Assembly (NCBI GenBank): GCA_951406725.2
Contig: OX597840.1
Span: 24,614,001-24,678,000 of the forward strand
Source of the DNA: Octopus vulgaris
Taxonomy: Eukaryota
Direction: 5' to 3'
DNA: 64,000 nt
In this document: positions 46,251-56,877 of the stretch, piece after piece
Layout: every line of letters begins with the position of its first letter
Numbering within the stretch: position 1 is the stretch's first letter
Made by a program: the position numbers and the translations under genes
The notes under the pieces: model-generated
Databases searched by the model: none
What the model was told of the DNA's origin: nothing
What the model saw: only the letters and a program-made list of their open reading frames with translations

Positions 46251-47354
46251 ATGGATGATGGTAATCACTCGGACACTTCTAACACAAACGTTTCTGATAA
46301 TGAAGATTCAGTTAAACAGACATCTGGTGCTAAGAAACCATTCTCTTATGATAAAAAACCTTCGTCCTGTAAAGGAAAGTCGTCAAAGAGAAATTTTAAT
46401 TGTGAAATATGTGAAAAGACTTTTGTGAATTCCAGTAATTTAAAAAACCACAAAAGATTACATACTGGGGAAAAACCATTTCAGTGTGAGATTTGCGGAA
46501 AGTCATTGAATCAGAAATACCACCTGATTCTCCACAGGCGTAGTCACACTGGAGAAACGCCTTATCACTGTGATATATGTGGAAAATCTTTTATTGATAA
46601 TTACTATTTAAGAAGTCACAAACGGACACATACCGGGGAAAATACTTTTGACTGTCAAATATGTGGAAAATCTTTTCCGCATAATTCTCGGCTTGTTGTT
46701 CATGTACGAAGCCACACGGGAGAAAAACCCTTCCACTGTGAAACGTGTGGAAAATCATTCACTACCAATTCTCGTCTTAGAGTTCACAAAAGAATTCACA
46801 CCGAAGGGAAACCTTATCATTGTAACATCTGTGGGAAATCATTCTCGTTAAATATATATCTTGTGGGTCATAAAAAGATTCACACAGGAGAAGAACCGTT
46901 CCATTGTGAAATCTGTGGAAAATCCTTTTTCGATAAATCAAATCTTGTTAGTCACAAAAGGGTACACACTGGTGAAAAACCATCCAATTGTGATATTTGT
47001 GGAAAATATTTTTACTCCAGCAGTAATTTAACAAGACACAAATTACTACATACGGGGAAAAAACCATTCTGCTGTGAAATCTGTGGAAAAACTTACGTGA
47101 ATAACAGTGATTTAAGAAGACACAGGCGGAAACATGATGGAGAAAAAACATTCCACTGTGAAATTTGCGGAAAATCTTTCTTTGATAATTCCGATCTTAT
47201 TGTTCATATTCGTAGTCACACTGGAGAAAGGCCGTATCATTGTGACATTTGTGAGAAAACATTTACCTATAAAAGTTACTTGAATAAACACAAACAAACC
47301 CACACAGGAGAGAAGGCTTTAAATTCTGAAACGTTTGCAAATGTGAAGTTGTAG
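46251..47354 (+). CDS. C2H2 zinc-finger protein ZNF-5 (367 aa, 11 fingers), inverted duplicate of ZNF-4
   Basis: Near-identical to ZNF-4 minus 84 aa (three fingers). Predicted acceptor at 45903/45904. Confidence 0.9.
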   Translation: MDDGNHSDTSNTNVSDNEDSVKQTSGAKKPFSYDKKPSSCKGKSSKRNFNCEICEKTFVNSSNLKNHKRLHTGEKPFQCEICGKSLNQKYHLILHRRSHTGETPYHCDICGKSFIDNYYLRSHKRTHTGENTFDCQICGKSFPHNSRLVVHVRSHTGEKPFHCETCGKSFTTNSRLRVHKRIHTEGKPYHCNICGKSFSLNIYLVGHKKIHTGEEPFHCEICGKSFFDKSNLVSHKRVHTGEKPSNCDICGKYFYSSSNLTRHKLLHTGKKPFCCEICGKTYVNNSDLRRHRRKHDGEKTFHCEICGKSFFDNSDLIVHIRSHTGERPYHCDICEKTFTYKSYLNKHKQTHTGEKALNSETFANVKL

Positions 47355-47788
47355 AATACCTCAACATAAAACAGGTTGAATATTTTGGCCAGATATAACC
47401 AGTTTAAATGCTAAAGGGTTGAGCAGTTTTGGAAAACCACAATTTAAAAAAATTTTTTTGTATGAGACATTCATGAGTGAACATGGTACCTGGAAACTGT
47501 GTGAAGCCCAATATGTGAATATGTGCTACCTATAAAAGTTACTTGAATAAACACAAACAAACCCACACAGGAGAGAAGGCTTTAAATTGTGAAACGTTTG
47601 CAAATGTGAAGTTGTAGAAAACCTCCATGTATACATTGTATTGGAGCAGATTTATGAGGGTGGAACATGTTGAAATTTATTCTCTTTGACTTATTGTGTT
47701 TTGAGGTGTGACTGTTTGGCCATGTGGCTTGGGTTGCCAAGTTGGATGCTGTGCATTGAGTTCTGTTCCCTGAGCATGTGGCTGGGAT

Positions 47789-48465
47789 AGTTAGTTAGTT
47801 AGTTAGTTAGTCAGTTAATTTTTTGGCTCAAAAAGCAAAAAGCAAGGCCATGTAGGGGGACATGGAGTTATGTACAGGGAGGGTGTTCATGTAAAGAGTT
47901 CAGACCATTTCTGGTCAAGAGAGGCTTTGAACCGAGCGGTCGTCGGCATCTTCACCATCTCGTCCGGCAGCTTATTCCACGGATCCGCAACCCGGACGGA
48001 GAAAGCCTCTCTCCTTCGATTGAGATGAAATCGTCGCAGATAGCGCTTTTCGGAGTGACCCCGCAGCCGACACTCTGGAGCAGGAGTGAAGAACAGCTCT
48101 TCGAGAGGTTACACTTTCCGCTTATGATGTTGTGAGGCCATGTAGGGGGACATGGAGTTATGTACGGGGAAGGTGTTCATGTAAAGAGCTCAGGCCATTT
48201 CTGGTCAAGAGAAACTTTAAACTGAGCGGTCGTCGGCATCTTCACCATCTCGTCCGGCAGCTTATTCCATGGATCCGCAACCCGGACGGAGAAAGCTCCT
48301 CTCCTTCGATTGAGATGAAATCGTCGCAGATAGAGCTTTTCTGAGTGACCCCGCAGCTGACGTTCTGGGGCAGGAGTGAAGAACAGCTCTTTCGAGAAGT
48401 TACACTTTCCGCTTATAATGTTGTGAGCAAGAATGAGGTCACCACGGCGTCGTCATTTTTCTAGA
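47789..48465 (-). mobile_element. CR1-like LINE 3' fragment, tandemly duplicated (~290-bp unit)
   Basis: RRRGDLILAHNII...LRGHSEKLYLRRFHLNRRRGAFSVRVADPWNKLP with a (taac)n tail; same family as 20946-21176. Confidence 0.85.
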
Positions 48466-48697
48466 TGATGCTGATGTTGGTTGAGTATGTGCCACATGGC
48501 CACAGTGGATGAGGAAGTATCTCGCAGAGATGGGGACTTCTCTGGGACACTGCTCAGAAGGTTGCCTGGGATGATGTGAGGAAATTCCGATAAAGGATGA
48601 ATGCAGTGATGTGCTGCAACAGTGCATGCCCCCATACCTGACCAGACATGAGTTGCCATGTGGCAGTCCACAAATATAATCTCACTTAAAGACACCG

Positions 48698-49339
48698 GGA
48701 TCTTTTCCTTTTGAATGGCAGATGTCAACACAATTTCTAGTTAATTAAACACTTTTAAACTTCGTATACTGGTAGAATGTGTTTATAAAACATCATTTTC
48801 TCTTGGTTTTATTGAGAAAATTCTATAGTTTGTAAGATATTTCGTCTGAAAATCCGAGCATTTCGGCAATTTTAACCAATCGATTACCTCCATTCAACTA
48901 AAATCATTTGCTGCGTCTAAAACTGAGACAACATCCTGTAACTAACCCTAAACCTCCCCCTAACCCTAACCCTAACTTTTTTTTTCATAATTGTTAAATT
49001 AATTTAATTTCATTGCTTTAGTTTTTTTTTACACGTATAACAATTAAATTAATTTAACAATTAATAAAAAAAAAATTTAGGGTTAGGGTTAGGGGGGAGG
49101 TTTAGGGTTAGTTACAGGATGTTGTCTCAGTTTTAGACGCAGCAAATAATTTTAGCTCAAAAGAGAGCATAGGATTGGTTAGAATTCGAAAAATTAAACT
49201 ACGCTAAACAAACAAATTACAATTTTCTCAAGAAAGCCAAGAGAAAAAAATGTTTTATTTTGGCACATTTTACCAGAACATGAAGTTTTAAAGTGTTTAG
49301 TTAACTAGAAGTTGTCTGCCATTCAAAAGGAAAAGATCC
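48698..49339. mobile_element. Foldback Merlin-type MITE (GGATC family) with internal CCCTAA/TTAGGG repeats
   Basis: TIRs ggatcttttccttttgaatggcaga / tctgccattcaaaaggaaaagatcc; 8-bp TSD agacaccg/agacactg (one mismatch); the arms stay complementary over most of the element. Confidence 0.85.
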
Positions 49340-50169
49340 AGACACTGTTCTGTTAAGTAAATTCACCGTCTTTCACTCATACAGGCTTGTCCGTTCAGGT
49401 ACCGGGGCCACATAAAAAGCTCCCATGCTGGTGTCACATAAATGGGCGGTGGCACGTAAAAAGCACCCAGCACATTCTCTTAAGTGGTTGGCATTAGAAA
49501 GGGCATCCAGCTGTAGAAACCTCGTCACAACAGACAGTTGGTGTCTGGACAGCTACATGTTTAACCATGCAATAAGACATACAAAATACAAAATGGCTGA
49601 TCGTTAGTAAGGAGAGACACACAAATAAGAAAGAAGAAAGCAAAGGACCACTGATGAGGTCACAGGAGTGTGATGAAAGAACTCTGGCCGAAATAAGATT
49701 AAGATGATGATGATGTAAAAAATAAATAACACTGAAGCAAAATAACACCAAATATATAGTGTGTGTGTTTTTATTGGCTAAACTGGCAACATGACCATTC
49801 CTGAATACAACAATATTTGTTTCAACACACGATTTCACATCAAGAATCTTGCAAAACAAATATATAAACGTAATATTATAAAGATCTTTATTATGAAATT
49901 TGCATGCAGAGTAATTTTCTTTCCAATTATTTTTTTTAACTTTTGGAATATCCTTTTATAAAATTTCATTTAAAGTTAAATATTTTTCTTTTGGAAATTA
50001 ACATTCATTTCATCCTCTTGTATAAGCACCAACAAATTTGGTAACAGTTCAATTATAATCACTTATTGTGGGTCATGTTTCCAGATAATACCCTCACTGG
50101 GTAATGTTTACTTCCAGTGTTATTCATCACATGGGAGGTAACATTCTAGTTATATGATATTATCATTGT

Positions 50170-50200
<31 letters not shown>

Positions 50201-50264
50201 CTTTATTTAAAGCAGCAGAAAATTCAACAAAACCTGTTACTCTGAGTTTCACGTTCCCGTTCGT

Positions 50265-51330
50265 CGACGTGCCGGTGGCACGTAAAAAGCACCATCCGGC
50301 CGTGGGCGTTTGCCAGCCCCGTCTGGCACCTGTGCCGGTGGCACGTAAAAAGCACCCACTACACTTTCGGAGTGGTTGGCGTTAGGAAGGGCATCCAGCT
50401 GTAGAAACACTGCCAGATCAGACTGGACCTGGTGCAGCCTTCAGGTTTCCCAGACCCCAGTTGAACCGTCCAACCCATGCTAGCATGGAAAGCGGATGTT
50501 AAACGATGATGATGATGATGATGATGATAACAAAATGAAAGAAGCGAAAATGACAAACTTGGTTAGAAAGTCTTCTGGTCCTGGTAAGCTAAAAAGTAGC
50601 ATTTGAAATGCAAAGTAAATTCAAGTCTATGGCTGTCGAAAATGTTGCACGTGTGGGCTTCCATAGTGGTATCCAGTTAGTTCTTCATCGGATAATTGTT
50701 TGAAGTTGTCATTCATTTAATGTTACGAGCGCAATGTATAGGTGCAGGAGTGGCTGTGTGGTAAGTAGCTTGCTTACCAACCACATGGTTCCGGGTTCAG
50801 TCACACTGCGTGGCATCGTGGGCAAGTGTCTTCTGCTATAGCCCCTGGCCGACCAAAGCCTTGTGAGTGGATTTGGTAGACGGAAACTGAAAGAAGCCTG
50901 TCGTATATATGTATATATATAGGAGCAGGAGTGGCTGTGTGGTAAGTAGCTTGCTTACCAACCACATGGTTCCAGGTTCAGTCCCACTGCGTGGCATCGT
51001 GGGCAAGTGTCTTCTGCTATAGCCTCGGGCCGACCAAAGCCTTGTGAGTGGATTTGGTAGACGGAAACTGAAAGAAGCCCGTCGTATATATGTATATATA
51101 TATATATATGTGTTTGTGTGTCTGTGTTTGTCCCCCTAGCATTGCTTAACAACCGATGGTGGTGTGTTTACGTCCGCCGTCACTTAGCGGTTCGGCAAAA
51201 GAGACCGATAGAATAAGTACTGGGCTTACAAAAAGAATAAGTCCCGGGGTCGAGTTGCTCGATTAAAGGCGGTGCTCCAGCATGGCCGCAGTCAAATGAC
51301 TGAAACAAGTAAAAGAGAGAAAGAGAGTAA
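50265..51330 (+). mobile_element. Family E element (50265-50528) and two-headed family A SINE (50740-51330)
   Basis: Matches to the families described above. Confidence 0.8.
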
Positions 51331-51741
51331 GAGCAATGTGCAAGCTGTATTTCTTGAGCTCGGCAGTGTTGCATTTTTGTGAAGCGCATCGTGGATTGCA
51401 TCGCAGTATAGAGCTTTCTGTAGCAGGTCGAAGGAGGATGCATCTTGGTGGAGATGAAGGTTGTCATTCTTTTCCTCAGGTTTAGCGACTGTTGATATGA
51501 AGCCCCTAGTTCTTTCATTCGAAGCCAGCAAAAATGCAGCGGCATATAGCATCAGAAGGTAGCAATTCTCTTTACACGGGGTCACCAATTTGCTGGTAAT
51601 GCAAATTCAGAAGGCAGCAATTCTTTCACTCGGGGTCACCAGATGTAAGGGTTGAAATTTATTGCAAAGGCATGTTGAAAGATGTGAAAGATGAACAATG
51701 CATGAAGTTTTAATCGTTTAGTGTTCAGATTACTCTGTTAA

Positions 51742-52146
51742 CCCTTTCGTTACTGTATTTCTGTTGAGATGCTCTGTGTTTCTTTCAATTACTTTAAATA
51801 TAACAAAGAATTTAGTAAAATAACTTAGTTATCATTCAGCTAGTGTTAGGAACCATAAATTGTGACTAAGGTTTAGTGGAAGATTTTAATTCAAAACTTA
51901 TGAAAACAAGACATTTGTATTCAGAGCCAGAGGCGGTTTCAGCCGGGTTGGTAACGAAATATTTTTTTTATTCAAATTGTTTTGAATAAATCAAACATTA
52001 TCTCATAGCTTTGAGGTTTCAATGATGTGATTGTTTATTTTTAGAATGGCATTGTAGGTTAGGTGTGAGAGGCTAGATATTGCCAGTTAGAATATAAAAC
52101 ATATAGAATATTTGGGTCGGATATGACCGGTTTAAACACTAGAGGG
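51742..52146. mobile_element. Composite piggyBac-type MITE
   Basis: TTAA|ccctttcgttac...ggtaacgaaa is fused to a second remnant that ends actagaggg|TTAA. Confidence 0.7.
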
Positions 52147-52185
52147 TTAAGGAAATATTTATTTAACCGTTACATTACACAATGT

Positions 52186-52570
52186 GGAGGCGCAATGGCC
52201 CAGTGGTTAGGGCAGCGGACTTGCGGTCATAGGATCGCGGTTTCGATTCCCAGACCGGGCGTTGTGAGTGTTTATTGAGCGAAAATACCTAAAAAGCTCC
52301 ACGAGGCTCCGGCAGGGGATGGTGGTGATCCCTGTTGTACTCTTTCACCACAACTTTCTCTCACTCTTACTTCCTGTTTCTGTTGTACCTGTATTTTAAG
52401 GGGCCGGCCTTGTCACTCTCTGTGTCACGCTGAATATCCCCGAGAACTACGTTAAGGGTGCACGTGTCTGTGGAGTGCTCAGCCACTTACACGTTAATTT
52501 CATGAGCAGGCTGTTCCGTTGATTCGGATCAACCGGAACCCTCATCGTCGTAACCGACGGAGTGCTTCCA
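52186..52570 (+). mobile_element. Family D SINE, full length
   Basis: tRNA-like head; flanking direct repeat acattacacaat. Confidence 0.85.
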
Positions 52571-52739
52571 CATTACACAATACTTTGCCTCGACGGGCAG
52601 GTCATAAAATCGTAAACCATGCAAAGTAAAAAAAAGTTAATTCCGGCCTGTTTCTTTTTATTGTAGTAGTAAACCATAGAGAGAGAGAGACTTGGTAATG
52701 TGCAGAGAAGAGAAAGTTAGATGTCGTAGATTTTCCTTA

Positions 52740-53132
52740 CTCTTTTTTTACTCTTTTACTTGTTTCAGTCATTTGACTGCGGCCATGCTGGAGCACCACC
52801 TTTTAGTCAAGCAAATCGACACCCAGGACTTATTCTTTGTAAGCCCAGTACTTATTCTATCGGTCTCTTTTGCCGAACCGCTAAGTTACGGCAGCATCGG
52901 TTGTCAAGCGATGTTAGGGGGACAAACATAGACACACAAACACAAGCATATATATAAACACATATATACAACGGGCTTCTTTTCAGTTTCTGTCTACCAA
53001 ATCCACTCACAAGGCTTTGGTCGGCCCGAGGCTATAGTAGAAGACACTTGCCCAAGATGCCACGCAGTGGGACTGAACCCGGAACCATGTGGTTCGTAAG
53101 CAAGCTACTTACCACACAGCCACTCCTACGCC
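52740..53132 (-). mobile_element. Family A SINE
   Basis: Reverse-complement match. Confidence 0.85.
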
Positions 53133-53569
53133 TTGTATAGTCTTGTGTACACATTGTCTTAGTGGTTGCCTCCTTGTGATCATGATTCTAGCGTTACGCT
53201 CCCTAACTGATGGTAGCTGTCTCTGACTTGGTTGTCATTTGCTAACTAACTGATTGAGTTGTCACAAGCCGACTAACTGATTTTTGCTTGGGGGTTCTTG
53301 CTTTTATAACTATCCAGAAGGGTAGACATATCGTTGAGAACAATAGGCTTCATCTCTATTCTAGCTTTTCATGAAGTAGAAGAGGTTAGAAAGGTCAAGT
53401 GGGAAAGGCATTATTTTGGCGTAGCTAAGACATCTGGAAAATGTAAAACTGTAAAAATGGAAAATGTAAAACTACTGTCACAGAAAAAAGAAAAACATTG
53501 TTCCACCAAGAGAAAAGTTCTGTTAAAGTGTTAATTTAAATTTGGCTGTGGTGGCTGCAAGATTCACTG

Positions 53570-53767
53570 CATACATACATACACACATACATACATACAT
53601 ACATACATACATACATACATACATACATACATACATACACACACACATACATACATACACACACACACATACATACATACACACACAATACACACATACA
53701 TACATACACACACAAGCACATGCATGCATACAGACATACATACATACACACATACATACATACACAC

Positions 53768-53804
<37 letters not shown>

Positions 53805-53978
53805 TACATACATACACACACACATACACACACACATACATACACACATACATACACACACACACATACATACACACCTACACACACGTACATACATACA
53901 TACATACATATATACATACATACATACATACACACCTACACACACATACATACACTCACATACACACACACACATACA

Positions 53979-54012
<34 letters not shown>

Positions 54013-54163
54013 CATACATAGATACATACATACATACATACACACCTACACACACATACATACACTCACATACACACACACACATACATACATACATACA
54101 CACATGCATACACACATACATACATCCACACACACACACACACACATACATACATACATACAT
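53570..54163. repeat. (TACA)n/(CA)n compound microsatellite
   Basis: Directly visible. Confidence 0.97.
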
Positions 54164-54344
54164 GTTGTAAACATAGGTGGGAAATCGAAAATCAGTTTCG
54201 GAAATTTATTTTCTTTTCGTATTTGCCTTCCTTTCCACACTCGTCATATTCAATGTTCCGCATGTAGAAATAGAAATCTAATCCGAACATAACTTAAAAC
54301 GAAGAACTTAGTGTTGAACGCCTAACGTCTTTGTTGTAAAGAAA

Positions 54345-54742
54345 TACCTATTTATATTACTACCCACAAGGGGCTAAACACAGAAGGGACAAACAAGGAA
54401 AGACAAACGGATTAAGTCGATTATATCGACCCCAGTGCGTAACTGGTACTTATTTAATCGACCCCGAAAGGATGAAAGGCAAAGCTGACCTCGGCGGAAT
54501 TTGAACTCAGAACGTAGCGTCAAACGAAATACCTATTTCTTTTACTACCCACAAGGGGCTAAACACAGAAGGGACAAACAAGGACAGACAAACGGATTAA
54601 GTCGATTATATCGACCTCAGTGCGTAACTGGTACTTATTTAATCGACTCCGAAAGGATGAAAGGCAAAGTTGACCTCTGCGGAATTTGAACTTAGAACGT
54701 AGCATCAGACGAAATACTGCTGAGCATTTCGCCCGGCGTGCT
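54345..54742 (-). repeat. Family B SINE dimer
   Basis: gaaatacctatttc junction at ~54527. Confidence 0.85.
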
Positions 54743-54854
54743 TACCTTTCTGGTCTTTTTCGTTTCACACAATCGAAGTCAACTTTTGTCTATTCCTTTA
54801 TCACATTTTCGTCGTAATATATATTCAGCTAAGCGAACACTGTTTCTGTCTGCA

Positions 54855-54949
54855 CCAAATTATGTCAAGGGACATTCAACTCGCATCACCGGTACCATAA
54901 TTGAGGCGATAGCAAAATCATCAACGACTCGGTTGCATTTCAGGTAATT
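54855..54949 (+). promoter_or_regulatory. Conserved non-coding block/donor (candidate upstream exon of ZNF-6)
   Basis: gggacattcaactcgcatcaccggt...tttcag|gtaatt (54943/54944). Confidence 0.6.
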
Positions 54950-55159
54950 TAATTACATTCTGTGTTGTAATTGACTCATGTTAAAGTGAACGATGATGTT
55001 TATAGGCAACTGAAAGTCTCCGATTTGATGTATCAGAGTCGGTGTTCCATCATCTGGAAGATTAGTTATTTAATTTTCTTTGCAAATTACGTGACATCGT
55101 TAATTGGTTTTTGCGGCGCAATTCTGGATCAGGTACCCTTTATAATTTTTTTTATATTC

Positions 55160-55523
55160 CCTTTTACTCTTTCAATTGTTTCAGTCATTTGACTGTGGCC
55201 ATGCTGGAGCAGCACCGTCTTTAGTCGAGCAAATCGACCCCGGGACTTATTCTTTTTGTAAGCCCAGTACTTATTCTGTCGGTCTCTTTTGCCGAACCGC
55301 TAAGTGACGGGGACGTAAACACACCAGCATCGGTTGTCAAGCAATGCTAGGGGGACAAACACAGACACACAACACACACACACATATATATATATATATA
55401 CATATATATATGACGGGCTTCTTTGAGTTTCCCTCTACCAAATCCACTCACAAGGCATTGGTCGGCCCGGGGCTATAGCAGAAGACACTTGCCCAAGATG
55501 CCACGCAGTGGGACTGAACCCGG
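55160..55523 (-). mobile_element. Family A SINE, 5' truncated
   Basis: Reverse-complement match. Confidence 0.8.
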
Positions 55524-56128
55524 AGTGCAATTTTCAAATAATTTTTGCGTATTTTTGTACTCTATGCAAGGGGATTCATGCAATTGTGGAAAAAACATTT
55601 CCAAAATGTCTTTTTTTTTTTTTTTTAATCTCTGTTTATAATACGACAGTCCACATCTTTCATTAACTGTTTGGCATTCTTTCGGCTTAATGGGGAGAAA
55701 GATATTGAAAAGCATCAATACGTCAAAGTGACAAAGGAATGAGCAACGTACCAGGTGGTCAGATGTGCTAAAAATAACAGCTAAAGAATCCTTAAATCTC
55801 ACACAAAAAAATTTGGGGTAAAGTTTTTGCATAATTGCATGATTTCTCGTCGGCAAAATTTTCTGAAAATACAACAAAATAAAAAAAAATTTATGTGGGT
55901 TTATATGGGGTGCTTATAGCAGAATCTCGTTGGTTTTTCCTCAATTTACAGGACAATTAAAATGTTCTAATCACCAAATTATGAGTAATTAATTTCTTGA
56001 CTTTTTGGGGAGACATTCAAATGAAAAAGTATTATTTATATTAATTTCCCAACACACATTTTAAACATTTTACCATATGTGATTTACAATCCAATGTATG
56101 TTTATGTGTGTGTATATATATACAACAG

Positions 56129-56472
56129 TGAAGGCGCATGGCTCAGTGGTTAGAGCGTCGAGCTTACGATCGTGAGGTTGTGAGCTCGAATCCTGGACCG
56201 GGCTGCATGTTGAGTTCTTGAGCAAGGCACTTTATTTCACATTGCTCCAGTTCACTCAGCTGTAGAAATGAGTTGCGACGTCACTGGTGCCAAGCTGTAT
56301 CGACCTTTGTCTTTTTGGATAACACTGGTGGCGTGGAGAGGGGAGGCTGGTATGCATGGGCGACTGCTGGTCTTCCATAAAAAAAAAAAAAAACTTGCCC
56401 GGACTTGTGTCTTAGGAGGGTAACTTTCTAGGTGCAATCCCATGGTCACTCATGACCGAAGGGGGGGTCTTT
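56129..56472 (+). mobile_element. Family C tRNA/CORE-like SINE in the ZNF-6 intron
   Basis: Head gaaggcgcatggctcagtggttagagcg with a B-box; inserted in the TG/TA tract upstream of the acceptor. Confidence 0.85.
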
Positions 56473-56877
56473 AGATATATATACACACCTTTTACCTCTC
56501 TTCAACATCTATCTTGTACAATCATTTCTTTTTTCTTTACAGTTGCGTTCAGTGTTCCATTACAACTTGCCATACGAAGATACCGATTCCATTTACGGAT
56601 GCTGTGTCTCTATGTTTTCATTGTAGATAGCTTCAGTTTACTGTATCCATAATTATTAACAAAGAAATAAGTCTTTTTGTCTACAATATGTGTACCGCTT
56701 GGAGATGTCTCAGCCAATAACAGATATTCTAATGTTATGTAGAAAAGATATCTACATTGCATATTTTCTGCACAAGTAAACAGAGTCCCATGATTTGGAT
56801 ATCATAAAACAAGAAATTGAACCATAATAGATTATATCCACAGACATCAGTTTTCAAGAATTTCTCCAGAGTTAATT

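Noticed and set aside
52186-52260. tRNA-like sequences (also 25872, 28900-28975, 41560-41627 and 56129)
   Set aside because: They have A/B boxes but run directly into SINE bodies, several with clear TSDs; they are SINE heads, not tRNA genes.
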